From: an uncultured virus (IMG/VR IMGVR_UViG_3300032242_002374)
Lineage: Duplodnaviria; Heunggongvirae; Uroviricota; Caudoviricetes
Virus record (IMG/VR): IMGVR_UViG_3300032242_002374
DNA: 20,000 nt
Reading direction: 5' to 3' (one strand)
Shown here: in pieces, positions 17,073-20,000 of the stretch
Layout of the letters: each line of letters begins with the position of its first letter
How positions within the stretch are numbered: the first letter of the stretch is position 1
The notes under the pieces: model-generated
What the model was told of the DNA's origin: nothing
What the model saw: the letters and a program-made list of their open reading frames with translations, nothing else
Database searches by the model: none
Made by a program: the position numbers and the translations under genes

Positions 17073-17300
17073 TTATGGGAATAGATTTTTTGTTTTTGGA
17101 CGACCACTAATTAAATGAATGTGTTGAAATGCTACTTCTGAAATACGCTTTTGCATTAATTCATTCACTTCTGTTAAATACGGCTCTAAATCTGAACATT
17201 GTTCAAAGTCTTTTTTTTCAACTGCATCTTTTACCATTAATGATAAATACTGAAAAAAAGACATCAGTTCTGGCGTTGATAATTCTCGTAAAAGTTTCAT
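17073..17300 (-). CDS. Cassette gene 3, helical hypothetical protein (75 aa)
   Basis: ORF track; includes AVEKKDFEQC, a weak UVR-like coiled motif. Confidence 0.7.
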   Translation of the reverse strand: MKLLRELSTPELMSFFQYLSLMVKDAVEKKDFEQCSDLEPYLTEVNELMQKRISEVAFQHIHLISGRPKTKNLFP

Positions 17301-17360
17301 TTTAATCTGCTAAGGTTACAGTACCCCTTTTTATTGTTTATAAATTAATCTACCGCCTTC

Positions 17361-17496
17361 GCCCAACATCAAGTTTGGCGTTATGGTGGGGCGACTGTAC
17401 TCGCCATCAACCAATTAATTCTATTGAACTTCACTTGTTATTTCAGCAGCAGTTTTTCAAATACCACCACGAAACGCCAAGCCTTTTTCGTTAGCT
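17361..17496. repeat. attC-like site C
   Basis: GCCCAAC atcaaGTTTGGCGTTATGGTGG ... CCACCACGAAACGCCAAGCCtttttc GTTAGCT; TTGGCGTT/AACGCCAA and TGGTGG/CCACCA pair, with bulged bases. Confidence 0.8.
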
Positions 17497-17501
17497 GACA
17501 T

Positions 17502-17732
17502 TTATGACGGCTTCCAATATTCTAAAGAGGTTGTCATAATACCTCTATTGAACTCGTGAGTTATCCATTTATAACTGTGATTATCGCCATCGGTAAACCA
17601 TTGGATTTTTTCAACATTAAAATCGCTGCCAATTGACCTACCAAGTATCTTAACTGTTTGTCTATTGTTTGGGTGGTTGGTACTTGTTAATTTAACAAAA
17701 CCATTTTCTTCCGCAAATTGTTCTATTGTCAT
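17502..17732 (-). CDS. Cassette gene 4, hypothetical (76 aa)
   Basis: ORF track; stop abuts the core site of C. Confidence 0.75.
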   Translation of the reverse strand: MTIEQFAEENGFVKLTSTNHPNNRQTVKILGRSIGSDFNVEKIQWFTDGDNHSYKWITHEFNRGIMTTSLEYWKPS

Positions 17733-17763
17733 TTTTTCGTTATTGCTTTGGACAAAAAACGGC

Positions 17764-17941
17764 AGCTAACAAGTGGTTTGGCAAAAGCAAGGCAGACGGA
17801 ATAAGCCTCAACTTTATATCGCTATTCAACCACATATCCAGCTTGACGTTCTTTGCTCAACATTGTTAATTAATATTTTACTTTTGTTCCCAGCAGACGT
17901 AACGCTAATTCCACACCTGCTTTAAGCCTTTTCGATTAGCG
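17764..17941. repeat. attC-like site D
   Basis: AGCTAAC aagtGGTTTGGCAAAAGCAAGG ... CCTGCTTTAAGCCttttcg ATTAGCG. Confidence 0.7.
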
Positions 17942-17947
17942 GTAATA

Positions 17948-18247
17948 CTACATTCCGTACTTCGATTTGAGTTGTTCTAATTGCTGCAACTCTCTGCGTT
18001 TAATTTCTTCTTGTCTTTGAGTTTCTTCATTAACACGTTTTTGGAACTCTTCATCGGTTTCTTCGCTTTCGATAAATGCTTCTATTGTTACAAAAGCAGA
18101 ACCCCAATTTGCCTCTGCTTCAATGTCAATTTCTTTAACACCAAGTTTTTCTAACTCATCTAAATCTTTTCTTAATTTTTCAATAGTTACACCGTAAGTC
18201 CAATCGAAATCGAATGGCACTTCAAATCTTTTTACTTGCTTTTCCAT
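17948..18247 (-). CDS. Cassette gene 5, acidic hypothetical protein with C-terminal coiled coil (99 aa)
   Basis: ORF track; ETDEEFQKR...ELQQLEQLKSKYG tail; the TAG stop abuts the core-site repeat. Confidence 0.8.
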   Translation of the reverse strand: MEKQVKRFEVPFDFDWTYGVTIEKLRKDLDELEKLGVKEIDIEAEANWGSAFVTIEAFIESEETDEEFQKRVNEETQRQEEIKRRELQQLEQLKSKYGM

Positions 18248-18285
18248 TTTAATATGTTTTTAAATTTGACAACCCCTAATTTATT

Positions 18286-18654
18286 TTACCGTACTACCGC
18301 TAACAACTCATTATGACTATCAAGGAGTTCTTTGTATTTAGCTTCATCTTGTTGTTTTTTCCAATTAATTCCAGCTAAATATGCTTTTTTAACACAATCT
18401 TCTACTTTCATAGGAAAACTTCCTTCCCATTTTTTATTAGCATAATTTTCAAATGCTTCTTCTACTGTTTCTATTTGTGTATTGTTAGGGACTAATTCAA
18501 ATTCACCTACTTTCAAATTTGCTCCATAAGCTCTAATAGAACCATCTTCCTTAACTTCTTCTACTTCTTCTGGTTGAATTATATAATCATCACCAAAAAA
18601 TTCTTTGCCTCTTGGTATTAATACATAGTCACCTTTTTTTATTTGTGTATTCAT
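18286..18654 (-). CDS. Mosaic phage hypothetical protein whose last codons come from the cassette core site
   Basis: ORF track; ends ...HNELLAVVR, encoded by GAGTTGTTAGCGGTAGTACGGTAA. Confidence 0.75.
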   Translation of the reverse strand: MNTQIKKGDYVLIPRGKEFFGDDYIIQPEEVEEVKEDGSIRAYGANLKVGEFELVPNNTQIETVEEAFENYANKKWEGSFPMKVEDCVKKAYLAGINWKKQQDEAKYKELLDSHNELLAVVR

Positions 18655-18668
18655 TGTTATTTAGTTAT

Positions 18669-18983
18669 TTAGTTTTTTATATTTATGCAGCCGTGTTGTT
18701 TTAGAATATCATCTACAAATTTTTTTTTTACAATCCACTTATACCAACTATCACCTTTTGGCATTGTTACAAATTTTCTGTCCACTTCAATCTGTTTTAT
18801 AAACGTGTCAACATAACAAGTTTTGCCATTTGTTTTAATATAATGTTCTCTTTTGATTATATTGAATAAACTTGGCTTATCATCAAAATAAGTAGATTCT
18901 ACTAATCGAAATTTAGTATTGATTAATTTTGGAGCTAAATGTGGCATTTTATTGCACATTCTATTAAACATTTGAATATCCAT
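18669..18983 (-). CDS. Hypothetical protein
   Basis: ORF track. Confidence 0.7.
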   Translation of the reverse strand: MDIQMFNRMCNKMPHLAPKLINTKFRLVESTYFDDKPSLFNIIKREHYIKTNGKTCYVDTFIKQIEVDRKFVTMPKGDSWYKWIVKKKFVDDILKQHGCINIKN

Positions 18984-18985
18984 TG

Positions 18986-19852
18986 TTATTGTTTTTTAAT
19001 TAGTGTGTAATGTTGTTTTTTAGCCCAATTAATAAAATCTATAAAATGTGTTTGAGTATCTTCTGGTGATGTTCTTACTGATGAAATTTCAACTTGATAT
19101 ATAAAACTTGCTTCATCCCAACTATTATCTTCTACTTTAGGTTGTGGTGGAATATAAACTAATTTAAACCTTTTATTTTCTCCAATAGACATTTCACCAA
19201 TACTAAAATATTTTTGACTACCTAAAGCCCATTTACCATCTTTTAATTTAATGTAGCAAGGTTTATCAAATTCATCTTCTGCAAGATTATACATATCTCT
19301 TACAACTGTTCCTGCTGGAAATACTTTAGGTTTAGCATAACATTCATCATCTGATTGGATAGTCATTTCTCCACAATATTTACATTCGTGTTCTTCATCC
19401 ACTTCAACATCTTTATTTACTGATAGTGATTGAACTGATTGCAAACGTCCTTGTGCATCAAAAGTAAGTTTACTACCGTCTTCACATAATGCTGTCATTA
19501 GTTTTTCTTTAACCATCAATTCTTGAATTTTTAGAGTAGTATCAATAGTTTCTTTGCCTATTTCTGTTAATTCGTCAATAACTGTTGGTTTAGAATGTTC
19601 TTTAACATACATAACTTTATAATCTTCTTCACTAGAGATAGTTCCATTAAAATAATGATTAATTAACTTAATTTGCTTGTTAGTATCTAGTTTATGCCAC
19701 CAAGAGTTTAAAATAACTTCATTATAGAATATGTTTTCTATTTTGTTGTAATTAAAACTCTCATCAAAATGATATTTAGATAAGAATTCTATATTTCTTT
19801 TGATTGGTAAGCTTTCCCACCATTGTACTGCTAAGTCTTTTATAGTATTCAT
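18986..19852 (-). CDS. Multi-module phage hypothetical protein (tandem WW helical repeat, CxxC zinc motif)
   Basis: ORF track; start uncertain, ATG 19852 preferred because the track start sits in a promoter motif. Confidence 0.75.
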   Translation of the reverse strand: MNTIKDLAVQWWESLPIKRNIEFLSKYHFDESFNYNKIENIFYNEVILNSWWHKLDTNKQIKLINHYFNGTISSEEDYKVMYVKEHSKPTVIDELTEIGKETIDTTLKIQELMVKEKLMTALCEDGSKLTFDAQGRLQSVQSLSVNKDVEVDEEHECKYCGEMTIQSDDECYAKPKVFPAGTVVRDMYNLAEDEFDKPCYIKLKDGKWALGSQKYFSIGEMSIGENKRFKLVYIPPQPKVEDNSWDEASFIYQVEISSVRTSPEDTQTHFIDFINWAKKQHYTLIKKQ

Positions 19853-19897
19853 ATTGTTTTTTTTATCTTTTTTCATACCATTTTCATTTCCCTTCTG

Positions 19898-19925
19898 CAA
19901 ACATACGGTTGTTTAATAATACAAA
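19898..19925 (-). promoter_or_regulatory. Probable Bacteroidota housekeeping-sigma promoter
   Basis: -7 element TATGTTTG; TTTG 16 nt upstream (spacing shorter than at the other four promoters). Confidence 0.5.
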
Positions 19926-20000
19926 AATCACTTTAATCAAATTTTAATAAAAAAATTTTTCAAACCGAGCCGTTTATAGCTTGTTAGGTTAGTGTTCCCC

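Larger units (their letters stand above)
16213..18304. mobile_element. Integron-like gene-cassette array (five genes, four attC-like sites, two terminal half sites; no integrase in window)
   Basis: Alternating small ORFs and related imperfect palindromes; each ORF is flanked by its own complementary core-site pair (see findings). Confidence 0.75.

Noticed and set aside
16213..18304. CRISPR array or simple tandem repeat
   Set aside because: The repeats are long, divergent palindromes separated by whole genes, not identical 25-45 bp repeats with uniform spacers.
1..20000. Giant eukaryotic virus origin, suggested by the Erv1 gene, glycosyltransferases and AT-richness
   Set aside because: Operon-like overlaps, Bacteroidota promoters, XRE HTH, alpha-CTD, YopX and a lipoprotein all indicate a bacteriophage.
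1..20000. Stop-codon reassignment or suppressor tRNA
   Set aside because: Long genes are intact under the standard code, TAA, TGA and TAG all end genes sensibly, and the tRNA anticodon is UUG (Gln).

Overview
Very AT-rich, gene-dense segment with essentially every credible gene on the minus strand. It is best read as part of a large phage (or prophage) infecting Bacteroidota. Support: TAnnTTTG/TTG promoter motifs, A-rich leaders without Shine-Dalgarno sequences, a DUF3127-like protein, YopX, a Phg_2220_C-type replication protein and NUMOD/HNH genes. The left end (1-8031) carries three clear glycosyltransferases, one GT-like ORF, a SAM methyltransferase, tRNA-Gln(UUG) and an oversized tRNA-like RNA. 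The middle carries a replication/regulation block, a stand-alone RNA polymerase alpha-CTD and an Erv1/Alr sulfhydryl oxidase of the type known from eukaryotes and giant viruses. The most striking structure is at about 16213-18304: five small genes separated by four 130-180 bp imperfect palindromes resembling integron attC sites. Each gene is bracketed by its own private pair of complementary core sites, the signature of individually mobilised gene cassettes, yet no integrase lies in the window. All family calls are from motif recognition by eye; no database searches were run.
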